Part shown: piece by piece, positions 35,869-45,307 of the stretch | Layout: every line of letters begins with the position of its first letter | Position numbering within the stretch: the first letter of the stretch is position 1 | IMG/VR virus record: IMGVR_UViG_3300027887_000002 | From: a virus | DNA: 53,361 bases | Strand: one strand, 5' to 3' | Position numbers and translations under genes: made by a program | Notes under the pieces: model-generated | What the model was told of the DNA's origin: nothing | The model's input: only the letters and a program-made list of their open reading frames with translations | The model's database searches: none

Positions 35869-37110
35869 TTAGCGAGGCGACTTGCTTTGAAAGAGTGTCA
35901 ACCTTTGATTGAAGATTACGGGTATCCCTTCGTGATGTACTGGACCATTCCTGTGTTTTGCTACAATGAGCGATTTGTCGTCTATTGGACCATGCACGAA
36001 GATGATGACGTCTGCGTCTTGCTCTATTGCTCCAGAACCTCTTAAATCTGAGAATTTTGGTCTCCCTTCCGCCCTGCGTTCAACGTCCCTGTTGAACTGG
36101 GACAACATAATAACAGGGATATTTAGTTCCTTTGCTATATGTTTCGTCATGTGAGAGACAGATGCTACGTCACTATCCGACCCATCTCCACCCTGGATGC
36201 CTGGTATTAACTGTAAGTAATCTATGATGAGAAAGTCTATCTTCTGCTCCATTTTAAGTTTTCGGGCACGGGCTTTCATGTCGATGAAGTTAATAGGCGA
36301 ATCGTCTATGAACATCGGCATACTGCTTAGTTCGTTGAGGGCGAGAAAGATTCTACGCTCTTCATCGGCGTCTGTTTTCCCATGCTGGGCACGGAAGCTA
36401 TCTACACCCGATAGGGCTGAGGCTAACCCTATGACTATCTGCCTATTACTCATCTCGACAGAGAAAAACCCGCCCCGAAAACCTGCTTTTACCGCATTCA
36501 GAAGAATAGTCTTTGCTAGTGCTGTCTTGCCTTGAGATGGGCGACCTGCTATGATAACCATGTCGCCATCCTTGAACCCGCCTAGTACGTTGTCGAGGTC
36601 TATCAGACCAGACGGTACTGCGTGTATCTCTCCAGCTTTAGCCCTTCTCATGCTTTCTATGACTTCTGGGGCTATCTGAGCTGGAGATTGATACTGCCTT
36701 TTGAGAGAGAATGAAGATATAGCGAAAAGTTTTCGCTGTGCTTCCTCTAATACTGCCTCCGTGGCTCTAGTATCTTCTACTATGAGGTTCTGCCCGAGAC
36801 GCCTTAGCTCGTCTCGCATATTGATATCAACTAAAACCCTTGCGTACTGTGGTGCTCTGTAGCCTAATGTATCCGCTATGGGCAGGTTGAGGACTTCAGC
36901 CGAAGCCTTCCCTTTGCCCACTTCTTTCGCCAGACACATTATGTCAAACTCTTCACCTGCCGTGTAGAGTTTTACCAGCGCATCCCAGATTTTTTGGTAG
37001 ACTCCCGTAAAGACTTTTCGCCCCGCGATAATATCCGATACGTCTCCCATCGTATCAGAGTTATTGACAAGAGCGGCGAGTAAAACCTTTTGAATATCAT
37101 TACTTTCCAT
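35869..37110 (-). CDS. dnaB: replicative DNA helicase, DnaB family
   Basis: 413 aa. Walker A IIAGRPSQGKTALA, Walker B FLIIDYLQL, and the SQFNRDVE / GSGAIEQDAD motifs of DnaB/RecA-fold helicases. Confidence 0.9.
   Translation of the reverse strand: MESNDIQKVLLAALVNNSDTMGDVSDIIAGRKVFTGVYQKIWDALVKLYTAGEEFDIMCLAKEVGKGKASAEVLNLPIADTLGYRAPQYARVLVDINMRDELRRLGQNLIVEDTRATEAVLEEAQRKLFAISSFSLKRQYQSPAQIAPEVIESMRRAKAGEIHAVPSGLIDLDNVLGGFKDGDMVIIAGRPSQGKTALAKTILLNAVKAGFRGGFFSVEMSNRQIVIGLASALSGVDSFRAQHGKTDADEERRIFLALNELSSMPMFIDDSPINFIDMKARARKLKMEQKIDFLIIDYLQLIPGIQGGDGSDSDVASVSHMTKHIAKELNIPVIMLSQFNRDVERRAEGRPKFSDLRGSGAIEQDADVIIFVHGPIDDKSLIVAKHRNGPVHHEGIPVIFNQRLTLFQSKSPR
36723..36735. repeat. CGAAAA-G-TTTTCG palindrome copy
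   Basis: gcgaaaagttttcgc inside dnaB, read as QRKLFA on the minus strand. Confidence 0.85.
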
Positions 37111-37276
37111 TAGCCCCTGAATGTTTTCGAGAGATTGCAGGACGAATGAGCGTTTTCCCTTGCTTTACCAGCGTACAGCCTGTCTTTTGGTGGATCTTCT
37201 TGATGTCCCGTATCTCATCCTTACTGGTCGAGAATACTGTATGACCACAAGTATTACAGCGGAAGCTGTATGTCAT
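37100..37276 (-). CDS. small zinc-ribbon-like protein (58 aa, below the ORF-track cutoff)
   Basis: Hand translation: MTYSFRCNTCGHTVFSTSKDEIRDIKKIHQKTGCTLVKQGK.... Its stop overlaps the dnaB start. Confidence 0.35.
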   Translation of the reverse strand: MTYSFRCNTCGHTVFSTSKDEIRDIKKIHQKTGCTLVKQGKTLIRPAISRKHSGANGK

Positions 37277-37460
37277 CGACGGCTTTCCATGGGATTGTGG
37301 CTGTATAAATAAGGTTTACATCATCTCCGTACCGCATCTCCCTCTGCATCCGAATCTCTTTCCTGGTGAAATCTATAGAAAGTAAGTTCCAAATTCTACC
37401 GTCAAAACTTACTTTACTATCGGATGTAAATTTTGTATTTTTGACTTCTTCGTCTGTCAT
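37254..37460 (-). CDS. hypothetical protein
   Basis: 68 aa. ATGA-coupled to the upstream gene. Confidence 0.4.
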   Translation of the reverse strand: MTDEEVKNTKFTSDSKVSFDGRIWNLLSIDFTRKEIRMQREMRYGDDVNLIYTATIPWKAVDDIQLPL

Positions 37461-37699
37461 ACTTTCCTTTCCAAGACTTCTTCCAGTCTTTCCATTGCAT
37501 CCAGGAATGCTTCTTCGGTCTTTTCATCGCAAATCCGCGTACCCCAGTCATACTGGAAGACTACTTCTTGGGCTAGTTCTTCGACTTTTGTGAGATACTT
37601 CAGGATTTGGTCAACATCAGACCTGCAATAGAAGAATCCGTCGTCATCCCAGACGAATCCCTTGGTCTTAGACCATGAGACTGGATGCAATTTATCCAT
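37457..37699 (-). CDS. hypothetical protein
   Basis: Start taken at internal ATG 37699 (MDKLHPVSW...), which overlaps the upstream stop by 8 nt. Confidence 0.4.
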   Translation of the reverse strand: MDKLHPVSWSKTKGFVWDDDGFFYCRSDVDQILKYLTKVEELAQEVVFQYDWGTRICDEKTEEAFLDAMERLEEVLERKV

Positions 37700-37874
37700 T
37701 TTGCTTGTCCCACTCAACAGAACGAAGTGCCAGATGCAGTTTCTCTGTTGTCCAATCAAGCAAGAGTTTAGCCTTTCTATACTCCTCTACATTGGAGTTT
37801 TTAAGACCTGCCATGACTTCTCTTGCCTTGACCCATTTGAGTCCAGTAATAATTACTTTTTCTTCTGGTGTCAT
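37692..37874 (-). CDS. hypothetical protein
   Basis: 60 aa. ATG overlaps the ERF stop (ATGA). Confidence 0.4.
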   Translation of the reverse strand: MTPEEKVIITGLKWVKAREVMAGLKNSNVEEYRKAKLLLDWTTEKLHLALRSVEWDKQNG

Positions 37875-38707
37875 ACGAATGGAATGATTTTATCGAGTGT
37901 TTTCATTACGTCAGAGCGAGTGTCTTCCGATAAGTCTGCGAACTTTTCGGCACCCTTGCTCTGGATGATTGTGCTTGCAGTACCTATAAACTCCTCTACT
38001 CCTGCCAAAAAGTCAGCCTGAGCAGAAGCTCCTTTTATGTCCATTGGGTCTTTCACGTGATAATTTTCTACGAATTGATCGTAGTATTTCGTGAATTTTC
38101 CAAAGACATTGTAGTATTTTACCTTGATTTCAGGCAAGATATTGGCAAAACTGACAGATTTTGGCTCCTCAGTCTTTCTGAAGTTAAACTTGCTCTTCGG
38201 GGGCGGTTTCAAGATATCTGTCGGTTCTTTGGCGACTGGAACACTCTTGAAATCATCGTATGGCTTTGGACCAACAGAAACTACTTCATAGTCTTCGTTC
38301 TCTGTATCGACTTTCTCGTTCGTCGCGATGCAGAAAGCCTGGACAAGTGCGTACTTGTGAGCCGCTGACATTGCTTTGTTGCATCCCTTGTCGCCAGAAT
38401 CCATAGCTTCTCCCTCTGTCGTTGCAACAACGAAGCTTCCATCGGTAGCCATGAAGGTGTAGGCGACACGCAGGAGGGTTGTGAAGATTGCCGTACCACG
38501 GTCATTTTTCCTTTCTTCTCGTATCATTTCCTTGACGTCAGGGATGCAGATGATCTCGTGCTTTCCCAAAAGGGAATGCAGTTCGTTGTAGATGTCATCT
38601 ATCCCTCTGAATTTGTACTTCAGGTTGACGTTTTGCTGGTTCTTACCAATGGGACTCATTTCCCGCATGATAAGAGCCATTTGTTTGACTATCAGCATTT
38701 CTGCCAT
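37871..38707 (-). CDS. erf: ERF-family single-strand annealing recombinase
   Basis: IGKNQQNVNLKYKFRGIDDIYNEL..., GEAMDSGDKGCNKAMSAAHKYALVQAFCI matches the conserved ERF core pattern. Confidence 0.8.
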   Translation of the reverse strand: MAEMLIVKQMALIMREMSPIGKNQQNVNLKYKFRGIDDIYNELHSLLGKHEIICIPDVKEMIREERKNDRGTAIFTTLLRVAYTFMATDGSFVVATTEGEAMDSGDKGCNKAMSAAHKYALVQAFCIATNEKVDTENEDYEVVSVGPKPYDDFKSVPVAKEPTDILKPPPKSKFNFRKTEEPKSVSFANILPEIKVKYYNVFGKFTKYYDQFVENYHVKDPMDIKGASAQADFLAGVEEFIGTASTIIQSKGAEKFADLSEDTRSDVMKTLDKIIPFV

Positions 38708-38708
38708 A

Positions 38709-38915
38709 CTAGTTCCCTTTCACACCATCATCGAATCCTTCCGCCCTTACGACGGACAGGCATTGCTTACAAGGTTCTACTGTGATATATACCACTTCCT
38801 GATACTGTTTTGCAACTGAGATTTCTTCCCCTAGTTCTGTTTGAGTTTGGAGGAAGATTACAGATACTGGTTCGCCACAATGCGTACATCGTGCGTTTAC
38901 TCTGATATCGTCCAT
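38709..38915 (-). CDS. small zinc-ribbon protein
   Basis: CTHCGEP ... CKQC pairs. 68 aa. Confidence 0.4.
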   Translation of the reverse strand: MDDIRVNARCTHCGEPVSVIFLQTQTELGEEISVAKQYQEVVYITVEPCKQCLSVVRAEGFDDGVKGN

Positions 38916-39694
38916 TATGCTTTCAGAGCCATCATAGCTCCGTCCCGAATCTTTGATTCATTGATTGTGTCTACGATGTAGTTTGCCTTCCAGTGTGGCT
39001 GATCGCCACTCAGGAACTTGTTTACTGCCGCTTCCAGAGAGACATACATCGAACGGGAAGCGTTCTGCAGAAGAAACCCTGCGTCTGGAGTCCGGTACTC
39101 GACAATACCTTTGTCGTCTTTCCACCTGAAAGCTCCAGCTTTCCCGTATATCTGCCGTCTTATTTTGCTCCATTCGTCTCCATAGGCGAGAGAGAGAAGT
39201 CCTACTGTTGAATCCAGATACCTAACAAATTTGCATACTTCCTCGAACTTTGTCAGCTCCGGAATCTGCACAGTCATATGTCCACCAGCAAAGCGGAAAG
39301 GATAGACTTCTGCGTCAACGTCTACCTTGTTTGTTTCCTGTGTATAGGCGTTGAAGTCTGGCATACAGCCCATCTCATACAGGTCTATCGTCTTATCCTC
39401 TTCTGGGATACTGGATATGTCCATCCCGACCTTCCGATGCACTCTGAGACCGATACCTTGAAGGATTCTAGCCCCATCATTCATCAGATTCTCCAGGTTG
39501 TGGGATACTTCAATAGCATCTCCTGGGGTTGGATTCAGCTCCAGAGCCAGCCCATCTCGGTTAAACCCACCACATTTCGAGTGTGCTGTTACAATCTTCG
39601 GAAAAGGCAGGAAATCTGTTGGAGGACAAGCTAAACCTGAACTAACCTTTTCACAGAGAAGTTCAGGATCACCACCCATCAAACGGTAATTCAT
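38915..39694 (-). CDS. COOH-NH2 ligase (amidoligase, gamma-glutamyl-cysteine synthetase/GCS2 superfamily; phiEco32-like type 2)
   Basis: N-terminal GGDPELL, GLALELNPTPG and RFAGGHMTV resemble the phage amidoligase pattern (acidic start strand, LE-x-RP/NP strand, GxH strand). Needs an HMM check. Confidence 0.55.
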   Translation of the reverse strand: MNYRLMGGDPELLCEKVSSGLACPPTDFLPFPKIVTAHSKCGGFNRDGLALELNPTPGDAIEVSHNLENLMNDGARILQGIGLRVHRKVGMDISSIPEEDKTIDLYEMGCMPDFNAYTQETNKVDVDAEVYPFRFAGGHMTVQIPELTKFEEVCKFVRYLDSTVGLLSLAYGDEWSKIRRQIYGKAGAFRWKDDKGIVEYRTPDAGFLLQNASRSMYVSLEAAVNKFLSGDQPHWKANYIVDTINESKIRDGAMMALKA

Positions 39695-39695
39695 T

Positions 39696-40190
39696 CTAAT
39701 ACAGAGGCTCGTTTAATTTGATTGGATACCCAAGATCTTTTGACTTTTGTGTAAGTTCTTTTGTCCATTCCTTGATTTTTTCTCCGTGAAACCATGCCCT
39801 GCTCCATTTCATCCCAGGATGTTCTTTTGCCCAGTCTACATATTCCTCTTTAGTCGGAGCCGGATGCAATAGTGCGATGCAGTCATACTGATCTGAACTG
39901 TTTGACTTCCCAAGCGGAAGTTTGCACCATCCGAAATCCGTCAGAGCTTTAATGAGTTTCCCGTATGGTTTATTTGACGGGAAGTACGCTACCATGGTTT
40001 TGTGCCCCGCAGTAAGCGCCGGATATGTCATTGCTCTGACAAGTTCATCATAGTTTTCATCGCAGATGAAAGAAAGAAACTTTGAATATCCGCCTACTTC
40101 TATGATATGGCAACAGCTTTGGGAGTTATAATACCCCATATTGCGAGTAAACCATTCGATCGGATAGAGATTTTTACTAGTTGATGGCAT
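39696..40190 (-). CDS. hypothetical protein of the amidoligase module
   Basis: 164 aa. Sits between an amidoligase and the amidotransferase with overlapping or abutting ends. Confidence 0.45.
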   Translation of the reverse strand: MPSTSKNLYPIEWFTRNMGYYNSQSCCHIIEVGGYSKFLSFICDENYDELVRAMTYPALTAGHKTMVAYFPSNKPYGKLIKALTDFGWCKLPLGKSNSSDQYDCIALLHPAPTKEEYVDWAKEHPGMKWSRAWFHGEKIKEWTKELTQKSKDLGYPIKLNEPLY

Positions 40191-41154
40191 ACTGTATTCC
40201 TTGTGAGGTTAGTTGAAAGTGTAAGTCTGCAAGATCAATTCCATATGCTGGGTTGCTTCTTTGTTGCACCGGATATTGTTGACCTCCACCTCTGCCTCCA
40301 CGATTGAAAAAAGATTGCTGTCCATCTCCGTAAACCCCATACTCTGAACCATAAACCTTTGTCTCTTGGATTGGTTCCAATCTTTCGAACCGTGGATCTC
40401 TCTTTGCCTTTGTCTCATAAACGTGCTTCGTTCTGACGAATACCAAGTTATCCTTGACTACCTCTAACCCATTGTCAACAGTCACTTTACAGAGTTTGTT
40501 CTCTGCCATATTCCACCATGTACCAACAGAGAGGCTCTTGATGTTATGGTTTGTTTCTTCCCATGCAAGAGGGTCTGTGATTTCCGTAGTGGAACCGAAT
40601 ACCAGACTATCAGAAACTCTCTCGTATCCGTACACGATTGGGTTATGGTGCCTGATAAGGTAGAGATCGCCAGTCGGTTTATGTACAAATGCTAGAGCAA
40701 ATCCATCGTCGTCGCACAACATTTCCAGTCCGTCAAGTCCAAATTCCTGCAAATATGATACTGCGATCTCGGAATCACATTTGCTGTTGTACTTGTAATC
40801 CTTGATGATAGGAGAGTCGTGAAGGATGCCATTGTGAATAAGAATCCAGTCTTTCGACTCGTGAGGATGGTTATTTTCGTTATCCTTTGCAGGAGCGAAG
40901 AATCTTCCCGATGCCGCCTTTCTGTTGTGAATGATGCAGAACCTATCTTTTACTGCTATTGCCAGCTCTTTTTCGTGATCGCTACAGAATTTTATTGCAG
41001 TCTGTGGTTCTTTTACTATTCCGATACTTGGACTGTATATACCTACAGCATCTCCGCCTCTGGAGTGTGTAGATATAATACAATCAGCGAGCTGTTCCGA
41101 CGAAAATCCTTTGCCTTTCTTTGAAAATCTGTAGAATCCAGCTATTCCACACAT
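40177..41154 (-). CDS. stand-alone class-II (Ntn) glutamine amidotransferase domain protein
   Basis: Canonical MCGIAG N-terminus (catalytic Cys2), HNRKASGR.. and HNGIL motifs. Low-complexity Gly/Gln C-terminal tail (GGRGGGQQYPVQQR). No fused synthetase domain is visible. Confidence 0.75.
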   Translation of the reverse strand: MCGIAGFYRFSKKGKGFSSEQLADCIISTHSRGGDAVGIYSPSIGIVKEPQTAIKFCSDHEKELAIAVKDRFCIIHNRKAASGRFFAPAKDNENNHPHESKDWILIHNGILHDSPIIKDYKYNSKCDSEIAVSYLQEFGLDGLEMLCDDDGFALAFVHKPTGDLYLIRHHNPIVYGYERVSDSLVFGSTTEITDPLAWEETNHNIKSLSVGTWWNMAENKLCKVTVDNGLEVVKDNLVFVRTKHVYETKAKRDPRFERLEPIQETKVYGSEYGVYGDGQQSFFNRGGRGGGQQYPVQQRSNPAYGIDLADLHFQLTSQGIQYAIN

Positions 41155-41170
41155 TATGTGTTTGCCCCTT

Positions 41171-42856
41171 TCACATATTTTTGATTAGGTCTTGAACAAA
41201 CATCTTGACTCTATTGCGTGATCCCCTACTAGCACGTAACAGCTCGTTCAGTAGTTGCCTGCTTATTCCAAAGTATAGAACTGGTCTTTTTAGTGCTGAT
41301 TCGTTGTATCCTAGCACTTTACTAATTCTCACGGCTACTTCTGCACGATTTTCAATGAACTCCTTAACAGAGTTTGGTATTCCTTCTGGATTGGTTGTTG
41401 ATAGACATACCATCCTGTCCCTGTCTCCAGTATATACAAGAACAGTTTTGAAGAGCTTCTGTGGATGATATATCTTGAATGGACTAATCTCCAGTCCGGA
41501 TTCATTTGCGAAATGTACTTCGATATCACATTCGAAGTCCTTTTCGAATGGTCTATTGAACCACGTTCTCAAGATGGGAACGTCTAGGCGTTGCTTGCCT
41601 TGTATGAAGTTGACAACATACTGAATACTATCGGCGTATTTGTCAAAGTCTTCAAGTCCTTCGTACCACTTGATTGAGAAGTTTGTTTCATCGAAGGCAT
41701 ACGGCTTGGTTGCTACTGTGGCTGTTTTGACGATACACCATGCAATCGCAAACACTCCAAGAGTCATATCTCTGTCAATACAGGTGGTGGGTGGTCTACG
41801 CCACTCCCATCCATTATGACCAAACTCTCCATGGTTTACCTTGCTTCTCCAGTCTCCGGGTTGTCCATATCCACCATCACTACTCCTTGCCCCACCAGGA
41901 AGATTGACGAGCACATTTCCGAGTAGATTGTCAAGCCAAACCACATACTGATCCGGCTGTAATCCATGCTGATTTGAGTCAGCCCTTGTATTTGAGAAGT
42001 GTATGTGAAGCCCTGTCGATCTCCTCAGGGAACGGCTACCACCACCCAGCAAATCATGTCCAGGGGGCATCTTCTTGCTCAACTCGAAGAGAATGTCCTC
42101 AACATTCTTTGTGAGTGCTTCTGGTGATCTTGCCGCTTTTGGACGGATTTCCAATGTTGCTACGTTCCCATCTGTTCCGATTGCACCATCAAGACTATCA
42201 TCGACAAAGCAGGTTGCATCGAAGAATGAGCCAGATGGATCGAATACACTAAATTCAATATCTGTCCCAATTCTAAGGTTGTCAGCCGAAAACTTTTCGT
42301 CTTTCTTTGCTGGAGTAAAAGTTTCAACAAATTCAACCAACATCTTCAGACGATCATTGACTTTCGCTAAATCTTCTGCTATTTCTGATTTACTACCTTG
42401 TATTTTTTGGTAGTAATAGAATATTAGAAGATTTCTTTCTACAAAGTAGGCTCCAGTTATATAGCCAGAGGAATTGACAAATGCAATCACACTACCCTTG
42501 AGTGTCCCACCGCCTGCTATCTTCTTAATCAGTCCAGTGGTAAGTGGACCATGACGACGCAACTCGTCCTCTGGCGGGTAGGATTCCCCAATAGTGACTG
42601 CCCTCTGAGGAAATGTGCCACTCATCCTTGGCATATGATACTTGAGATCGTCGAACGGGGCAAACTGTATAGTGTCCGACAGCAATAGCCTGAATTCTCT
42701 CTGTGTCAGACTGGTAAAGTCAGACCAAAACTGATTTCTTCCGTTTTGCGTAGGAGCTGTCATTTCCAAAGGAAACAATATATCTACTCCTTCGAACCAG
42801 TCTCTCGTATTATACGAGTACCCCGACTTCTTATCTGTGAGAATTGGAAGATTCAA
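41171..42856 (-). CDS. large protein with central COOH-NH2 ligase (amidoligase) domain
   Basis: RIGTDIEFSVFDPSG, GTDGNVATLEIRPKAARSPE and STGLHIHFS reproduce the amidoligase pattern seen in 38915-39694. The roughly 200-aa N-terminal region is unassigned. Confidence 0.55.
   Translation of the reverse strand: MNLPILTDKKSGYSYNTRDWFEGVDILFPLEMTAPTQNGRNQFWSDFTSLTQREFRLLLSDTIQFAPFDDLKYHMPRMSGTFPQRAVTIGESYPPEDELRRHGPLTTGLIKKIAGGGTLKGSVIAFVNSSGYITGAYFVERNLLIFYYYQKIQGSKSEIAEDLAKVNDRLKMLVEFVETFTPAKKDEKFSADNLRIGTDIEFSVFDPSGSFFDATCFVDDSLDGAIGTDGNVATLEIRPKAARSPEALTKNVEDILFELSKKMPPGHDLLGGGSRSLRRSTGLHIHFSNTRADSNQHGLQPDQYVVWLDNLLGNVLVNLPGGARSSDGGYGQPGDWRSKVNHGEFGHNGWEWRRPPTTCIDRDMTLGVFAIAWCIVKTATVATKPYAFDETNFSIKWYEGLEDFDKYADSIQYVVNFIQGKQRLDVPILRTWFNRPFEKDFECDIEVHFANESGLEISPFKIYHPQKLFKTVLVYTGDRDRMVCLSTTNPEGIPNSVKEFIENRAEVAVRISKVLGYNESALKRPVLYFGISRQLLNELLRASRGSRNRVKMFVQDLIKNM
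42287..42299. repeat. CGAAAA-C-TTTTCG palindrome copy
   Basis: cgaaaacttttcg inside gene 41171-42856, read as DEKFSA on the minus strand. Confidence 0.85.
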
Positions 42857-43251
42857 TGTAATGCCTCATACAATAACGAAGTTGCCAAGAATGTATAGTC
42901 TGGTGCCTGAAGATATACTATCCCCTTGTCTCCACGAGCGGAACTATCTCTGTAGAACTTTCTGACTGGTGTGACTACGTAGACAGATTTTCTTTGTCCG
43001 TCTATAGTCACTTTCTTTGCGTAGTTTTGTATCGTTCCTCCATACTCAAACAGAGAACCTCCGGTGGCTACGTAGGTATGTTCTCCATCTGCTACTACGT
43101 CTCCTGGTGATACTTGTTTATATTTCATGTTGTCATTCTCTTCTCCTGTTTCTTCTGGTGGAATCTCAAAAATTCTTGTAGTTGAAGTACCAGCGACCCA
43201 ATTAGCAAATGCTTGTGGATCGATGGTTATACTACTGTTTGATCCCGGCAT
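42853..43251 (-). CDS. hypothetical protein of the amidoligase module
   Basis: 132 aa. ATGA-coupled. Confidence 0.45.
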   Translation of the reverse strand: MPGSNSSITIDPQAFANWVAGTSTTRIFEIPPEETGEENDNMKYKQVSPGDVVADGEHTYVATGGSLFEYGGTIQNYAKKVTIDGQRKSVYVVTPVRKFYRDSSARGDKGIVYLQAPDYTFLATSLLYEALH

Positions 43252-43678
43252 CGTCTAGCTCCTTCCGACGTTTCACCTCTCCAGAAGCTATGATATACTG
43301 TATCTTTTCCAGCTCCTCGATATGATCCATCCTTTTCATGTATAGTTCTTGTCCCTTGACGAAATATGGGATTATCTCTTTTACTGCAGGATCTTCTCGA
43401 ATTGCCCTGTCTGCACCCATGGTTCCATTTTTTGAGACCGAATACATGACACTACCGACCTTGATATAATCTTTCACTGGTGGTACTATTACTCTGTTTC
43501 TGTCGATGGTATCGCAGTATCCTACCTGATCCCTCCAAGTCTGATCTGTCGCGGATTCCGGAGCATAAATATGCGACTTGAATGGTCTCATTATGCAGAA
43601 AATCTTCACAATATCTGCAACAGAGAAGTTGCCCTTGACAAGCCTTTTAGTTAGCTTTTTCAAACTCTTCGATGTCAT
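43232..43678 (-). CDS. hypothetical protein of the amidoligase module
   Basis: 148 aa. Ends overlap the neighbouring genes. Confidence 0.45.
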   Translation of the reverse strand: MTSKSLKKLTKRLVKGNFSVADIVKIFCIMRPFKSHIYAPESATDQTWRDQVGYCDTIDRNRVIVPPVKDYIKVGSVMYSVSKNGTMGADRAIREDPAVKEIIPYFVKGQELYMKRMDHIEELEKIQYIIASGEVKRRKELDDAGIKQ

Positions 43679-44372
43679 GTGACTCTCTGATTATGAGTTC
43701 TTCGACTAATCTTGCCCTTTCGAATAGCTTTTCTGTTTTCTCGTACAAAGCAATCAATGGTTGCATAGCTTCCATTGGAACTTTGTCTGAGTAGGTGACT
43801 GTTTGCCGTGGCGCTACTTGCATATTCATAATTGACTGCGCCAGAGAATACTTGATCTTGTCTACTGTAACCGTTTTGTAATCGGTAAGGCTACACCCCC
43901 AAAATCTAGCAAATTCATGCATCAGTTTTGCCATATCCAAGGTAGTGTAATATCCTACCGTTTCTTTTTCCTTTGGCTCCTCTGATGTTGTTATTCCAAG
44001 GATTTTATTGACTTCCTTTTCTGATTCTTTAGGGTCTACTTTCCTCAAGAATCCAGACTCATTGACAAGATGATGGTGTCCATCTCCATTCCTACATTCC
44101 TCACAGCACTCCGCAAATGCGTATGTGTATATGCCTACATGGTTCTGATCCGATGCGAAAACAGTATTCGATAAAGTTTCTTTTAGAGACACACTTACTA
44201 CGTGAAGCAATGTACCCAAGGGAAATATACGCCCGTCCGGTGTCCTGAGAGGACGCTTCAGCGAATCCGTGACAATGACTAGATCGCCTGGTTCAAAGCT
44301 AGCGGCTCGTACCGTCATCCTTCGCCTCCGAAATCGTACCAGAGCCAGAATTTTCGATAGTGCCTTTTCCAT
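43647..44372 (-). CDS. hypothetical protein of the amidoligase module
   Basis: 241 aa. Contains a Cys/His patch (ECCEECRNGDGHHH). Confidence 0.45.
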   Translation of the reverse strand: MEKALSKILALVRFRRRRMTVRAASFEPGDLVIVTDSLKRPLRTPDGRIFPLGTLLHVVSVSLKETLSNTVFASDQNHVGIYTYAFAECCEECRNGDGHHHLVNESGFLRKVDPKESEKEVNKILGITTSEEPKEKETVGYYTTLDMAKLMHEFARFWGCSLTDYKTVTVDKIKYSLAQSIMNMQVAPRQTVTYSDKVPMEAMQPLIALYEKTEKLFERARLVEELIIRESHDIEEFEKAN

Positions 44373-44382
44373 CGTTTTTTAC

Positions 44383-45243
44383 TCAACGTCTCCTCCATCT
44401 GTGATTGATGATTGCTCGTGCATATGCTTCGAGTCCACGTTCTGTGTCGATGGCTGGAGCTGTATTGACTTCCCATACTATGGATTTTCGTTTCCCATTC
44501 CTATCCCTTTCATCGAGACTGCTAATATCCACAGCCCCAAAATCAAGTCCTAGAGCTTCGATTGCTTCGAGAGAGTTCTTGATTACGCTTGGCGGTACTG
44601 CCCTTTGATGGTTGTTTACAGAGATAAACTTGTACCCATGGGAGTAATTCCTGACCATTTCCCGTGTTTCTTCGAGTATATCTCTGTCTGCGTTTGAGAT
44701 ACTGCGCTCGTCACATATCCTGTTGAATAACTCTGGATCAAACACCTTCTTTTGGACGAATAGCACTTTACCGTCAAAGACATGGACTCGATACTCTTTG
44801 TGGGTAGGGACATACTCTACTGCGTAGTTCCACTTCATTCGCGACCAGTGATCCAGCCCATTGACTATCCTGATATCTTCCCCTCTGGTATGATGGAACT
44901 TTCTCAGGAAGAATATCTGGTTGGTTATTGCCCCACGATGTCTTGCTTCGTCTACGTGCTCTCTTGGATAGAATGGTGGTACTGGAATGCTCTCACCATC
45001 TAAGACGCACAGTGTTTCGTACTTGTTTTGAGCCATTTGCATGGAGTGTAGGGGCTGGAGAATATCCCCCTCATCGAATACTCCAGGGATAATACCGCTG
45101 TATCCCCATCTGATAACTGGGCTGTATGCTGATGCCCTTTCTGGGCTAATCCCGTAGTGTACGCCGTGGGGACGTAATTCGATGAGCTTACCACCTAGCT
45201 TTCTGCCTGTTGGCTTGCAACTGGAGTGATATAGGAGAAACAC
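44383..45243 (-). CDS. ATP-grasp ligase (RimK-like)
   Basis: KEYRVHVFDGKVLFVQKKV, GYKF and LGLDFGAVDIS...IVWEVNTAPAI match the ATP-grasp C-terminal half. GTG start. Confidence 0.75.
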   Translation of the reverse strand: MFLLYHSSCKPTGRKLGGKLIELRPHGVHYGISPERASAYSPVIRWGYSGIIPGVFDEGDILQPLHSMQMAQNKYETLCVLDGESIPVPPFYPREHVDEARHRGAITNQIFFLRKFHHTRGEDIRIVNGLDHWSRMKWNYAVEYVPTHKEYRVHVFDGKVLFVQKKVFDPELFNRICDERSISNADRDILEETREMVRNYSHGYKFISVNNHQRAVPPSVIKNSLEAIEALGLDFGAVDISSLDERDRNGKRKSIVWEVNTAPAIDTERGLEAYARAIINHRWRRR

Positions 45244-45307
45244 TACCTTCCCCTTTCTTTTGCTGATATGATGATTACTATGATAATCAGGAGGGCTATC
45301 CAGTATC

